From the UHGV virus genome UHGV-1352852: a stretch of DNA of 44,165 bases. One strand, given 5' to 3'. The notes under the pieces were generated by a model that saw nothing but the letters and a program-made list of their open reading frames with translations, made no database searches and was not told the DNA's origin. This document shows, in pieces, positions 33,165 to 43,953 of the stretch. Position 1 is the stretch's first letter; each line of letters opens with the position of its first letter. A program made the translations under genes and the position numbers. This DNA comes from a virus.

Positions 33165-35336
33165 ATGAGTTACCTGTTCTTAGACTTTGAAACATTCTCC
33201 GAAGCCGATTTAAAGAAATTCGGCTCCTATGCTTACGCCGAACACCCGACTACCGAAGTGCTTATCTGTACCTATGCTTTTGATGACGAGCCTGTACAGG
33301 TATGGGATTGCACAGACGGCAGCGACATGCCGGGGGATTTGCACCGCGCACTGCGCCGTCTGGTTAAGCCAAACAGTCGCATTAAGATGGTGTGGCACAA
33401 TGGCTCAATGTTCGACAGGCTCGTCATGAAGCATTGCTGGGGCTTTGATATTCCGGTAAGCAACACTATCGATACGATGATTTGGGCGTTTCGTCACGCG
33501 CTGCCGGGTTCTCTTGATGCGCTGTGTGAAGTGCTTGGCGTGTCCGCAGACAACGCGAAAGACAAACGAGGCAAAGCGCTTATTCAGCGTTTTTCTAAAC
33601 CGACACCGAAGAACTACAAAATCCGCCGCTACACTGCTGAAACGCACCCGGATGAGTGGGCGCTGTTCATCAAGTACGCCGTGAGCGACATCACTGCGAT
33701 GCGTGAAGTCTTCCATAAGCTGCCGCGTTGGGGTAACTCCGAGTTCGAAGACCGTGTACTGGAACTTGACCAGTTAATCAACGACCGCGGATTTAAGGTT
33801 GACGTCGCACTGGCGGAAGCCGCGATTGAAGCCGTAGAGAAGCACAAGGCACAGTTACAGGAAGAAGCTCAACGTAAATATGGCGGCTCGCTTACCGGTA
33901 AAGACTTCCTTCCGATTCTGCGTGAACTTTCGCCCGCGCACCGCATACACAATGCACAGAAGTCGACGCTTAACGACCTGTTGGCAGATGATGATTTACC
34001 GGACGACGCCCGGATGATTATCGAAATGCGCCTCGGGGCCGCGTCAACAGCGTCAACGAAATATACCCCGCTGCTGCTGGGCCGCTCTTCGGACGACCGC
34101 CGACGCGGTTGCATACAGTATGGTGGAGCTAAGCGTACATTACGATTTGCCGGTAAAGGCTTCCAGCCGCAGAACCTGGCGCGCGGGTACTATCATGATG
34201 ATGAACTGGATAAAGGCATTTCTGCGTTACTTAAGGGCCGTGCGCACCGCCGATTTGACGTAGCCAAGCTAACGGCATCGACGGTTCGCAGTTGCATCAT
34301 ACCGGAAGCAGGGCATAAGTTTGTCGTCGCCGATTACTCTAACGTTGAGGGTCGCGGGCTTGCGTGGCTGGCGGGTGAAGACGATTTAATCGAAGTATTT
34401 GTAAACGGGGTTGATGTGTATAAGAAACTCGCATCAACGGTGTTCAATGTTGCATATGAAGCCGTAACAAAGGACCAAAGACAAATAGCCAAAGCAATGG
34501 TTCTGGGACTCGGCTACGCGGGGGGCGTCGGTGCTTTCGTCACGTTTGCTAAAAACTTAGGTCTTGATTTGAATGACATGACTAACACTTTAGACGGTAC
34601 ATTCCCGGACCATATTTGGGCCGCTACCGCACGCGGATACGAATGGGCGCGTATTCAGGAAGCCAAGCGACCACCACGTCCTGGTGAAAAAGATGACCGA
34701 CCCTCATATATCCTTGATAAGAAAGTTTGGCGCACCTGTGACGCTTTAAAGCGCATGTACCGGGAAGCTAATCCTGCAATAGTCCAATTCTGGCGCGATA
34801 TTGAAGACGCGGCTATGGCGGCTATCCGCAACCCAGGTAAAGAGTTCACCGCAGGGCCGCGTGGCGTTAAGTTTTCGCGCAACGTGGAGACAGATAACAA
34901 CGGCAACAAAGTCGCCGGTTGGTGGCTGCGCATGACGTTGCCGTCTGGTCGCGTTATGTCTTATCCAGGCGTCGGGTTGAGCGTGTCGAAAGAAACAGAC
35001 GAAGATGGAAAAGTGTCTACTAACGTGCGCATTAAGTACCAGGGCGAAAATCAGCTAACCCGTCAGTGGGGGTTCCAGTACACCTACTCGGGTAAACTGG
35101 TGGAAAACTGCACTCAGGCATTGTGCCGTGATTTGCTGGCTAATGCCCTGCTGAACGTAGAAGCAAACGGCTACCCGATTGTACTTCACGTACACGATGA
35201 GATTATCTGCGAGACACCAGATTCACCGGAATACAATGTAGCAGAGCTTGAGCGGTTGATGTGCGAATTGCCGGAATGGGCGGAGGGGTTCCCTCTTGTA
35301 GCAGAAGGTAGCGAAATGTACAGATACGCCAAGTAG
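33165..35336 (+). CDS. DNA polymerase I (family A) with 3'-5' exonuclease domain
   Basis: Exo motif LFLDFETFS; polymerase motif A DYSNVEGRGLAWLAGE, motif B QRQIAKAMVLGLGYAGG, motif C VLHVHDEIICE. Confidence 0.85.
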   Translation: MSYLFLDFETFSEADLKKFGSYAYAEHPTTEVLICTYAFDDEPVQVWDCTDGSDMPGDLHRALRRLVKPNSRIKMVWHNGSMFDRLVMKHCWGFDIPVSNTIDTMIWAFRHALPGSLDALCEVLGVSADNAKDKRGKALIQRFSKPTPKNYKIRRYTAETHPDEWALFIKYAVSDITAMREVFHKLPRWGNSEFEDRVLELDQLINDRGFKVDVALAEAAIEAVEKHKAQLQEEAQRKYGGSLTGKDFLPILRELSPAHRIHNAQKSTLNDLLADDDLPDDARMIIEMRLGAASTASTKYTPLLLGRSSDDRRRGCIQYGGAKRTLRFAGKGFQPQNLARGYYHDDELDKGISALLKGRAHRRFDVAKLTASTVRSCIIPEAGHKFVVADYSNVEGRGLAWLAGEDDLIEVFVNGVDVYKKLASTVFNVAYEAVTKDQRQIAKAMVLGLGYAGGVGAFVTFAKNLGLDLNDMTNTLDGTFPDHIWAATARGYEWARIQEAKRPPRPGEKDDRPSYILDKKVWRTCDALKRMYREANPAIVQFWRDIEDAAMAAIRNPGKEFTAGPRGVKFSRNVETDNNGNKVAGWWLRMTLPSGRVMSYPGVGLSVSKETDEDGKVSTNVRIKYQGENQLTRQWGFQYTYSGKLVENCTQALCRDLLANALLNVEANGYPIVLHVHDEIICETPDSPEYNVAELERLMCELPEWAEGFPLVAEGSEMYRYAK

Positions 35337-35414
35337 TAGATTTAGGAAATACGTTGTAGAAAATGTAAATACCGATATAATGGCTATGTCGGTATTTTTT
35401 TTTTGGAGTTATTA

Positions 35415-36110
35415 ATGAAAAAGTGTTCAAGATGCGGCGAAGATAAACCGGCGACTACAGAGTATTTTTCAAAGTCAACGCGCCTCGGGCTGCAACGCTG
35501 GTGTAAAGAGTGTGTAAATGCTAACAGGAAGGAAAAGTATGACGAAAAACTTAAATTACAAGGTAAATCCAGACGAGAAAGCCCTTGGTATGTTTTCACT
35601 GGGAAGCCTGTTAAATGCAGAAAGTGTGGGGAGGTAAAACCTTTAACAGAGGAAAACTTCAGGAAAGGAAATAAAAGTAATGGCTCTCATATCAGGAAAG
35701 ATTGCCGGGAGTGTCTCAACAAGCAACGCAGGGAACTGGTGAATAAGGACCAAAGGACGCGGGCGTACGCGCTTTTGTTAGGATACAAAAGAGCAGATTC
35801 AGGAAAAGGGCTTATCTGCGATTTAACACTGGAAAGCGTTATTAAACTAATATCACAGCCATGCCATTATTGCGGAAGCACTACAAAAGTCGGGGTAGAC
35901 CGCATAGATAATACAAGCGGGCACATAGTATCTAACTGCGTTTCTTGTTGTCAGACATGTAATCTTACCAGAGGACACCGGTTTACATTCATTGAAATGG
36001 TCACGGAGATAGGTCCCGCCATTAAAAGAATAAAAGCGGCGAGAGAAGTTTCACATATACCGTCTTTTCCTAATAGGTGGCCTGAAGGAGAATGTAGAGA
36101 TGCCAAGTAA
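35415..36110 (+). CDS. HNH homing endonuclease with N-terminal zinc-ribbon repeats
   Basis: Internal ATG of track ORF 35403..36110; repeated CxxC (CSRCG, CKEC, CRKCG, CREC) and HNH core CHYCG...VDRIDN...H...CVSCCQTCN; GGAG RBS. Confidence 0.7.
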   Translation: MKKCSRCGEDKPATTEYFSKSTRLGLQRWCKECVNANRKEKYDEKLKLQGKSRRESPWYVFTGKPVKCRKCGEVKPLTEENFRKGNKSNGSHIRKDCRECLNKQRRELVNKDQRTRAYALLLGYKRADSGKGLICDLTLESVIKLISQPCHYCGSTTKVGVDRIDNTSGHIVSNCVSCCQTCNLTRGHRFTFIEMVTEIGPAIKRIKAAREVSHIPSFPNRWPEGECRDAK

Positions 36111-36462
36111 ACTGATTATCGCGGTACTGGCGGGATTTGCTGCCGGTGTCTACTGTCACGAGGGTCAATACGGCATGATGGTTGCCATATTGGGCATGTT
36201 CATCGCAATTTATCTGTGGGTGCTGGAATGAAAATCTACTGGTTTTATGAAGAAGACTGTCGAATCTGTCCGCGCTGCGGTACTGAACATACGAAACGTG
36301 AGGGGTGTGTATTATGACAAAGTTTGTATTTTGGACCATAGTAACCATGCTCGCACTGTTACTCGGCGCGGGAATAGCTGCGATGTTCTGTTACGGCCTG
36401 TTCTTTAAGTTTGTTGGCGTTGCCGTTCTGGGCGGGGCATTTATAACTTGGGTTCTGCGCTC

Positions 36463-36747
36463 ATGACCCCGGAAGGAAAAATACAGAAATACGCAAAAGA
36501 GCGATTCGAGGCCATCGGGGGCCTCGTCCGTAAACTGTCTTATGAGGGGCGCTCCGGCGCTCCCGACCTGCTGGTAATTCTCCCGGGCGGCATCGTCTGG
36601 TTCGTCGAGGTGAAGAAAGACGAAAGCACGAAGCCTGACCCACACCAGTTACGAGAGCATGAGCGGATGCGTAAACGTGGTGCGAATGTTTTTGTCGTCG
36701 GGTCGTTCAAACAGGTTGACGACCTAATAGCGAACTATTATAGTTAG
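36463..36747 (+). CDS. VRR-NUC domain nuclease
   Basis: Internal ATG of track ORF 36448..36747; PD-(D/E)XK-type core GAPDLLVILPGGIVWFVEVKKDESTKPDPHQLREHERMRKRG. Confidence 0.6.
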   Translation: MTPEGKIQKYAKERFEAIGGLVRKLSYEGRSGAPDLLVILPGGIVWFVEVKKDESTKPDPHQLREHERMRKRGANVFVVGSFKQVDDLIANYYS

Positions 36748-36777
36748 CCCTACACCAACAATATAAGGAATTGATAG

Positions 36778-36969
36778 ATGAAATACGAATATGACCGTAA
36801 ACCAGCACGTGACATCGTACCTGGCGACATGATTTTCAACGTTAAGACCCGCCAGCCTGTTGCCGTTGATACGGTGTTCGTCGAGTCAAACGGTAAACTG
36901 GTTATCGAAGATGTAACAGGCAATGTTACAGCGTTCGGGCGTAAAGAGTTAGTTCTGGTGGCAAAATGA
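36778..36969 (+). CDS. hypothetical protein
   Basis: 63-aa track ORF; stop overlaps the helicase start. Confidence 0.4.
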   Translation: MKYEYDRKPARDIVPGDMIFNVKTRQPVAVDTVFVESNGKLVIEDVTGNVTAFGRKELVLVAK

Positions 36970-38390
36970 GTAAGTTTCAAAGGCGCGAATATCAGAAGCT
37001 CATGACTTCGTTCATGTTGCAACACCATCGCTGCAACATATGGGCGAGCATGGGTGCCGGGAAGACTGGCAGCGTACTGTGGGCATTAAACCGCCTGTTC
37101 CGCAACGGGCAGCTTACGGAAGAGGACCGCGTGTTAATCCTCGCCCCTTTACGTGTTGCGTCAGGTACGTGGCCCGCAGAACAAACTAAGTGGGGTTTCC
37201 CGTGTCTGCGTGTCGTCGATGCAACGGGTTCGGAGAAGCGCCGCATCGCGGCGCTGGAGTCTGACGCTAATGTGGTGTGCACGAACTACGAAGTTATCGA
37301 GTGGCTGATTGACTACTACGGCAAAGACGACTGGCCTTTTACGGTTATCGTTGCCGATGAAAGCACGAAGCTGAAATCGTTCCGTAGCCGTTCTGGTGGC
37401 AGCAAGCGAGCAAAGGCGCTTAGTAAAGTGGCGTTCGGTAAGGTTAAGCGTTTTATTAACCTCACCGGCACACCATCACCAAACGGCCTCAAAGACCTGT
37501 GGGGGCAGAACTGGTTTATCGACGCAGGCGAGCGCCTCGGCTCATCGTACACGGCATTCACCGACCGCTGGTTTAACTCGGTGCAGAAAGGCAAATCAGC
37601 TATGGCCCGTGAATATCACGCACGCCCGGGGGCTGATAACGAGATTCATCAGAAGATGAAAGACATCAGCCTTACGATTGACGCCGCCGAGTGGTTTGGT
37701 TGTGAAGCGCCGATTATTGTACCGGTTGAAATCGACCTGCCGAAGAAGGCGCGTCAGGCGTACATTGATATGGAGGAAAAATTATTTGCGGAACTGGAGA
37801 GCGGGGAAGTTGAAGCGGCTAACGCGGCGGCGAAGACGTCGAAGTGCCTGCAGATTGCATCCGGTGCCGTATATGTGTCCGGGCCGGATGGCGAAGCAAC
37901 CAAAGACTGGGAGAGAGTGCACGACACGAAACTGGATGCGCTCGAGTCGATTGTTGAGGAGTTACAGGGTGCGCCGCTGCTTGTGGCTTATCAGTTCAAG
38001 CACGAACTGGAACGTATCCTTAAGCGGTTCCCGCAGGCGCAGGCGTTCGCCAAAGGTGTTAAGGGCAATAAGCAGATGGAAGCGTGGAACCGTGGCGAAA
38101 TCGAAATCTTATGCGTGCACCCCGCGTCAGCGGGGCATGGTTTGAATTTGCAGGACGGCGGACATCATCTGGCGTTTATTTCGCAAGGCTGGAACCTTGA
38201 GCACTATTTGCAGGTTGTCGAGCGTATTGGCCCGGTCCGCCAGAAACAGGCGGGCCACGAGCGCCCGGTGTTCCTCTATCATATCGTTGCTAAAGACACG
38301 CTTGATGAGGTTGTTGCCGCGCGTACTGACGAGAAGAAATCGGTGCAGGAAGAGTTGCTTAATTACATGAAGAGACGAGGTAAGAAATGA
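36966..38390 (+). CDS. SNF2-family DNA helicase/ATPase
   Basis: Walker A MGAGKTG, DExx box VIVADEST, SNF2-type motif INLTGTPSPNGLKDLW, C-terminal helicase domain. Confidence 0.75.
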   Translation: MSKFQRREYQKLMTSFMLQHHRCNIWASMGAGKTGSVLWALNRLFRNGQLTEEDRVLILAPLRVASGTWPAEQTKWGFPCLRVVDATGSEKRRIAALESDANVVCTNYEVIEWLIDYYGKDDWPFTVIVADESTKLKSFRSRSGGSKRAKALSKVAFGKVKRFINLTGTPSPNGLKDLWGQNWFIDAGERLGSSYTAFTDRWFNSVQKGKSAMAREYHARPGADNEIHQKMKDISLTIDAAEWFGCEAPIIVPVEIDLPKKARQAYIDMEEKLFAELESGEVEAANAAAKTSKCLQIASGAVYVSGPDGEATKDWERVHDTKLDALESIVEELQGAPLLVAYQFKHELERILKRFPQAQAFAKGVKGNKQMEAWNRGEIEILCVHPASAGHGLNLQDGGHHLAFISQGWNLEHYLQVVERIGPVRQKQAGHERPVFLYHIVAKDTLDEVVAARTDEKKSVQEELLNYMKRRGKK

Positions 38391-38523
38391 ACATCATAGC
38401 CCCGATTCCAGCATTGCAAAAACGTATCAAGGAACTCGAGGAGGAGGTTCTACGACTACGCCAGCAAAGAGACGCCGCTAATGCGCAACTGGCGTTTGTA
38501 CTTGAGAAGTTATCAGAAGAGTA

Positions 38524-38552
38524 GAGAAAAGGCCCCGTTTGGGGCCTTTTCA
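38524..38552. terminator. bidirectional rho-independent terminator
   Basis: Hairpin AGGCCCCGTTTGGGGCCT flanked by AAAA and TTTT; sits between the convergent replication block and the tailspike gene. Confidence 0.6.
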
Positions 38553-38555
38553 TTG

Positions 38556-40511
38556 TTACAGCGTAAGGATAGACCCAGAAATTATAATCCCAGACGCCCC
38601 CGAGGTTGTTGGTACAAATATTTTGCCAGTGCTATCTATAACCGCGCTACCAAAGCTATTTCCAGTAGTACTGGCTACGGAGCAGACAGTTTGTGCCGAT
38701 AATGTACCAAATGGAAGTTGTATAAAGCTTATACCAAGCGATGTTGATAGGGAGTTACCACTCACGGTGAGTGTAAAATCAACACGCTTACCGCTGCGAA
38801 TATACTTCCCACTCATCACTGGAGATGTTACCGTCCAACCTGGGATGGTGAACGTGAAATCTCTTTGAGAGAGGTCTCCACTAAGGCTGAGGTTTGAAGC
38901 CGCCCACGAAGATTCACCACCAATACCTTTCAGTAGGTTTTCTGCGTACACGTTTGTGACACTCATGTTTTTATTGGCCGAAAGAAAACCAATATCATGC
39001 TGTGCGTTTGAACCTGGGGTCAGGCTTACTGGATTATCTATATGAATATTAGCATTATACCCACCACTGCCATCCACCAAAACAAGCGCACCAGCTACTG
39101 CTGTATTGCCTGTGTTATTACCTGCACCAAAAGGAGAGAGTATTTCTACATTACTAGAGCCATTAGAAATATAGAACACCCCGTTTTTATTGGCTCCGCC
39201 CGCACAGTTTATAGCTGTAAACCCTTTTACGGCATACAGAACATAGCCATAACCTTTTACCTCGCTTCCTTCTGAAGCGCAGGTTACCATGGAGGTATAA
39301 ATGCAGCTCTGGAAGTAGTAGTAGCCCCCAATTTGGTAGCAGTTTTTAAATGTTATGGATGTACATAGAGGTTGTACGGCAACCGCCGGGCCTCCTCCGT
39401 GCATCCATATTTTACAGTTATCCACCGAACCCATGAAGGCACAGTCTTCTCCTCCAGACTCGCCGAAACGCATACCCTGCCCGGCCGGGCCAGAATTTGA
39501 ATCGATAGTTACACCATCAATTTTAAAGTTATCAAGTTGCGTAACCCATAACGCAACTGATAGTGATGGGCTAACTTTACGGTGTGATATATGGAAATCA
39601 TTTAAGGTAAGCCCTCTAACACCTTTGAATGTTAAAGCTCTTGAGTTTTCTGGAATATCATCAAAATCAAGATAACAGTAGTTATCTGTCTTCGCGCCGC
39701 TCTTATGGTTTGAACTTCCAGTACCTATCACCTTGAGGCTATATTGGTCCTCGTAGTCAACTACAATAGGGCTAAGGAATTTATACTTACCACCGAGCCT
39801 TACTTCTTTTCCTTTTGCAGACGCAAAACACTTATTAAAAGCACTCGTGCAATCTGAGGTACCTGATGGATCGGCCCCAAACCATTCTGGGAGTAAAACC
39901 CCATTAAATACGCGGCCCCATCTCCGATTGATTGCATCTACTAAAACGGTCCCATCATCATCTTGCGTTGTAGCATCGCCTGAAATTACGCTAAACCATC
40001 CGCCAGCCATTGTTGCTCCAGCGCTACGGCCTCTGACATACAGATATGTTGCCGGGCCAGAATACGCGCGCAAATCATCGTAGCTCGGGAGGTATACCAA
40101 ACTTAAGCCATCTATGCTGGCCAAATCTTCTCTCAAATTAGGGTCTGTCCGAGGTTTCCAGTCAGCGTTTCCTACTGGGTTAAAACCAGCGGGAACTGTA
40201 ACAGGAAGTGCACCTACGTACGAATACCATGTTTCACTTACGGGGTCGTAGACAACTTTGTCGCGGTCATTAACAGTTAACGTACCGCCGGTAGAGAAGT
40301 CCCACGACACAGGAGAAAACCCAGCGTCACGTAACACCGCCGGGAGCGTCTTCTGTGTCTGTCCTGTAACCTGGTTTGTTGCGTAATCAATATCAGCGCC
40401 ACCTGCGACACCACCAGATTTACCGGTGATAACTTCAGCTTCAAAAATTTGGTGTTTCTTGGCGGTTTGTAAATCCGCCAGGCTTAAAACGTCACCGCAT
40501 CCGCTTGACAT
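38556..40511 (-). CDS. tailspike / receptor-binding protein (probable beta-helix depolymerase)
   Basis: 651-aa Gly/Asn/Thr/Ser-rich protein with periodic beta-helix-like composition; last gene of the tail module. Confidence 0.6.
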   Translation of the reverse strand: MSSGCGDVLSLADLQTAKKHQIFEAEVITGKSGGVAGGADIDYATNQVTGQTQKTLPAVLRDAGFSPVSWDFSTGGTLTVNDRDKVVYDPVSETWYSYVGALPVTVPAGFNPVGNADWKPRTDPNLREDLASIDGLSLVYLPSYDDLRAYSGPATYLYVRGRSAGATMAGGWFSVISGDATTQDDDGTVLVDAINRRWGRVFNGVLLPEWFGADPSGTSDCTSAFNKCFASAKGKEVRLGGKYKFLSPIVVDYEDQYSLKVIGTGSSNHKSGAKTDNYCYLDFDDIPENSRALTFKGVRGLTLNDFHISHRKVSPSLSVALWVTQLDNFKIDGVTIDSNSGPAGQGMRFGESGGEDCAFMGSVDNCKIWMHGGGPAVAVQPLCTSITFKNCYQIGGYYYFQSCIYTSMVTCASEGSEVKGYGYVLYAVKGFTAINCAGGANKNGVFYISNGSSNVEILSPFGAGNNTGNTAVAGALVLVDGSGGYNANIHIDNPVSLTPGSNAQHDIGFLSANKNMSVTNVYAENLLKGIGGESSWAASNLSLSGDLSQRDFTFTIPGWTVTSPVMSGKYIRSGKRVDFTLTVSGNSLSTSLGISFIQLPFGTLSAQTVCSVASTTGNSFGSAVIDSTGKIFVPTTSGASGIIISGSILTL

Positions 40512-40523
40512 ATAGAGTCCTCT

Positions 40524-43082
40524 TTAATTAAAACCATTGCTGAATCCGTCGGAGAAACCGCTGCCGTATGGCGCGACGCCGTCGTATTTATAGAATCCGT
40601 CATCATAGTTGTAGCCCGTAATCTTGACCGTGCGGTCGTCGCCGGGGTCGATTGAAGAAACAACTATCTTCTGAGCATTATGCCTTGCTTCGTTGCCGAA
40701 TGAAAACTCAGTTTTTAGCGCACTATTCCCCGTGTAGATTGCCTCCTCCGGTGCGGAGAGCATAATCACTTCGCGGTCGTGGCTTCCTTTGATAACAGAG
40801 ATACTCTGCACAGAGCCGTCGCGCTTCTTGAGGATAATGGAGTGGTCGTCGCCCGGGGTAAACGTAACCGGCTGAGATAGTGTAAGTGTAAGCCCGTTAA
40901 CGGCAACAACATAACCATCCTGCGGGGCGATGCGGGAGCCCTTAACCACGCTGATTACACCGCCGGGTGTAGCGAGAGCGCCTTCTTCTGTAGCTTCGAA
41001 CTCTACGACAACTTTACTTAACGCGTTGCGCTGGTAGCGACGCCATGCCAGCCAATATGCCTGTTGGTAGTTGCGCACGCCCTTCGATTCGTATTCCTCG
41101 GTGTTTGCACCGAGTTCTTCCGGGATATAAATTGTCTCCTGTACGTTAGTATACGGGTCGATGTACGAGAACGACAGGCTATCGTAGGTTGTCGAATCGT
41201 TGAACGTGCGGGTCCATTTCTCCGTACCCGTCGTCTTACTGCGGTGGGTGAACACCATTTCAGGCCCCGCGACAGGACGGTCGAATCGCAGCATAATATC
41301 CGCACCTTTACGGTACGCGGTACAGAACACGGCTTCCGCTATGGTCTGAACGATGTCCTGCATGGTTGTGTCATAGTCGTCGAACGTGTAGCAGAATTGC
41401 CCTGCTAATTCACTTCCGAAATAGGACTCAATTTCTTCCTGCACAGCAAGTAACTTGTCCATGTTTGCCGTTGTCAGTTCCAGATTGCCTACTGCGGGGT
41501 CGCGCGCCAGTCGAATTAGAGATTGTACGGCTTGCGTGTTCGGTGTCATTACTGTATCGAATACCCCATTGCCGAGGTATTTGTAGCACATCTCGGTCGC
41601 AATCATGCGCAGTTCAGGGTTATCGATACTGGCGGCCCGCGGCGTCTGTTTACGTGCGCAATGTACGGTAGTTCTGTTGCCGTAGTGCGGGGTGGTGTCT
41701 AGTGATTGCCCGTACAGGTTGATGAAGGTTATCTCGTCACTTACTGTACCGTCGTAGTCCTTATCGAAATTCGTTATACGGCGCATACGGGCGCGGAAAC
41801 GAGACGCGGTCGGCAATTGCCCGTAGATAGACGTACCGACGTAATCCGTGCTATTACCAGTAATTGTAGCCCGTACCGTGTAAATGCCGCTCAAAGGGTT
41901 ACGCTGAGAGTCAATCATCTGGTACTGGAGTTCTACAGTTACGCTGGTGCGGTTATAGCCGCCGTCGTATTTGTAGAGGCCATTTTGCCCCGCAACGTTA
42001 ACTAGCACCCGGTCAACTTCTCCGCGCACCATGTAGTACCAGTCCGAAAGCGATGGTTCATAAGTGTCTTTGGGCCCGATAAACGTGATTGATTGCTCGG
42101 TCAGGTTGTAGGTGGTGCTTCCGAGGTTAGGCCATTGGTTAGTGCCACCTGTAGCTATTCTCACCTCAAAATCGTCCACGTAAAGCACTTCAAACTCCCC
42201 GTCTAAAACGGCAACGTCCTTAACCCAAAATTCAGTTAAGACCGCGATGTCTCCGACGTTAAGAAACTCGGTGAAGGCGGAATCCCCAGAGCTATCATAT
42301 ATGTAGCCTATTTTAGTTGACGAGTCATAACGAACTTTCCCGTCGGCGCTTGGGTTAGCCCCAATGTCGTTTGGAGCTTTCAGTACAATACCGTCAACGT
42401 CGTCGTTGGAGTATGTCACATAGAGTTTCTGGTCAATGACGTCGCCGATTTGTAGTTGCGGAGATGTGGTGTTGTTCGGCGACGTATACGGCGCATACAC
42501 GGCAACAGAGGAACCTGTGATGTCGCTTATCAGGGTGTCACCTTCCGTGACGCCATCGGCCTCAATATACAGATGCCCGCGCCCTGCGTCGTAGTATGAA
42601 TACTCCAGCAAAGCACCGGTGGAGTTGAACGCCTTATACGTCTGCATCAGGTCGTTAGGGATTGTCTGTACAGTCCCGCAGATGTCATAAGAGCGCTCGT
42701 AAGGGCGTGGTTTGTTGGAGCGGTCTGTGAGGCTGTTATTTGGTGATGTTGTCTGGTTGTTAGTCGCCGTGTAGTTGGCGTTGGTGGCTGTGTTAAGGCC
42801 GAACAACTTGGCAATTGGCTTAAGGATAAAACCAAATACCTTACTAACGGCACCAAGCGCCCCGCTACCCGCTCCCTCAATAATGTGGTACACGGCGTCC
42901 TCGTCTTTAAGCGCATCGAAGTCGTCCGTTACGTCTGTATCATCGCCAATCTCGCCGAGGTAGACGCGCACCGGCACGCCGTCCGGGATACGGTTAACGA
43001 CAAACTCCATCGGCATCCCGACGTGTTTTGTACGGGCGAAAGCGCCTTCCGCGTTTCGCGTGTAGTGCAAGATTATCGCCAA
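40524..43082 (-). CDS. tail tip / host-specificity protein (lambda gpI-like N-terminus fused to J-like body)
   Basis: 852 aa; N-terminal segment with PDGVPVRVY...AGSGALGA resembles gpI-type ubiquitin-like tail proteins; large beta-rich body. Confidence 0.5.
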   Translation of the reverse strand: MAIILHYTRNAEGAFARTKHVGMPMEFVVNRIPDGVPVRVYLGEIGDDTDVTDDFDALKDEDAVYHIIEGAGSGALGAVSKVFGFILKPIAKLFGLNTATNANYTATNNQTTSPNNSLTDRSNKPRPYERSYDICGTVQTIPNDLMQTYKAFNSTGALLEYSYYDAGRGHLYIEADGVTEGDTLISDITGSSVAVYAPYTSPNNTTSPQLQIGDVIDQKLYVTYSNDDVDGIVLKAPNDIGANPSADGKVRYDSSTKIGYIYDSSGDSAFTEFLNVGDIAVLTEFWVKDVAVLDGEFEVLYVDDFEVRIATGGTNQWPNLGSTTYNLTEQSITFIGPKDTYEPSLSDWYYMVRGEVDRVLVNVAGQNGLYKYDGGYNRTSVTVELQYQMIDSQRNPLSGIYTVRATITGNSTDYVGTSIYGQLPTASRFRARMRRITNFDKDYDGTVSDEITFINLYGQSLDTTPHYGNRTTVHCARKQTPRAASIDNPELRMIATEMCYKYLGNGVFDTVMTPNTQAVQSLIRLARDPAVGNLELTTANMDKLLAVQEEIESYFGSELAGQFCYTFDDYDTTMQDIVQTIAEAVFCTAYRKGADIMLRFDRPVAGPEMVFTHRSKTTGTEKWTRTFNDSTTYDSLSFSYIDPYTNVQETIYIPEELGANTEEYESKGVRNYQQAYWLAWRRYQRNALSKVVVEFEATEEGALATPGGVISVVKGSRIAPQDGYVVAVNGLTLTLSQPVTFTPGDDHSIILKKRDGSVQSISVIKGSHDREVIMLSAPEEAIYTGNSALKTEFSFGNEARHNAQKIVVSSIDPGDDRTVKITGYNYDDGFYKYDGVAPYGSGFSDGFSNGFN

Positions 43083-43438
43083 AATTCAATCTCCGTGTAC
43101 GTGTCTCTGAGGTCCGCCAGCCTGTCAAGCCGTACCTGGCGAGAAGCAAGCTCACAATGACTCACCATCCCGTCGAAGTAAACTCCTGCATGCCACACGA
43201 TACGACCGCCGCGGTGATACCCCATCAACACCGCACAGAAGTTTTCGGGCTTATCAATTTTTGTAAGCCCCTTCGTGTTGCGATGTCCTTCGTCAAACGC
43301 TTCGTTAATCGCCGTTGGGTTTGTAACGTCGAACGCCGGTGTTTCTAACCCGGCATCCGCGCGGACAATGCGCACGTGATGCCAGCAATTGCGTTTGCGA
43401 AAGTCGTAAGGTATGCCCGTGTAGTCGTTAATATTCAT
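43073..43438 (-). CDS. tail assembly protein (lambda gpK-like, possible NlpC/P60-type)
   Basis: 121 aa with Cys/His residues (NCWHH...GYH...SHC) and position between minor tail and tail-tip genes. Confidence 0.35.
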   Translation of the reverse strand: MNINDYTGIPYDFRKRNCWHHVRIVRADAGLETPAFDVTNPTAINEAFDEGHRNTKGLTKIDKPENFCAVLMGYHRGGRIVWHAGVYFDGMVSHCELASRQVRLDRLADLRDTYTEIEFWR

Positions 43439-43950
43439 GTGGTCAACAGGCCGCGTAATAACGGTATCTCTTTAGGTGTCATCAGTATACCAGTGCTTCG
43501 TTGGTTCAGCATAGGCGTACCGACATCCGCGGAGAACTCGCCTTTCTCCTGGTTGATGGCCTGTAACTCGTACCCGACAGGACCGTCAGCCGGATAAGAC
43601 AGGTCGGTACTGACGTAACGGCGGAAGACGAACTTCGGCAACTCGGTGTTACTCATCGGGATTTTATCCATCTCATCATCCAGTTGATTGAGAATATCCG
43701 GTAAAGTAAACGTCGTCGTCTGGTCCATATCACTGTTGTTAGCGGCTCCCGACGCCTCCATCGGGGTTGGCTCGAACGTGATAATTTCGCCTGTCTCCAG
43801 TGTTGCGGTAAGTTCCTGTAGCCCGCGCACAAGATAGTACGTCTTCGACAACAACGGGTGGCTGATTTGCAACGTGATGTAGTCCATCTCGCCGTCGGGG
43901 TTTGAGGCCAACTTACGGCGGTAGGCTGCTTCTACTGATTCCTGACTCAT
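43435..43950 (-). CDS. minor tail protein
   Basis: 171-aa track ORF in the translationally coupled tail-tip gene run. Confidence 0.45.
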   Translation of the reverse strand: MSQESVEAAYRRKLASNPDGEMDYITLQISHPLLSKTYYLVRGLQELTATLETGEIITFEPTPMEASGAANNSDMDQTTTFTLPDILNQLDDEMDKIPMSNTELPKFVFRRYVSTDLSYPADGPVGYELQAINQEKGEFSADVGTPMLNQRSTGILMTPKEIPLLRGLLTT

Positions 43951-43953
43951 AAG

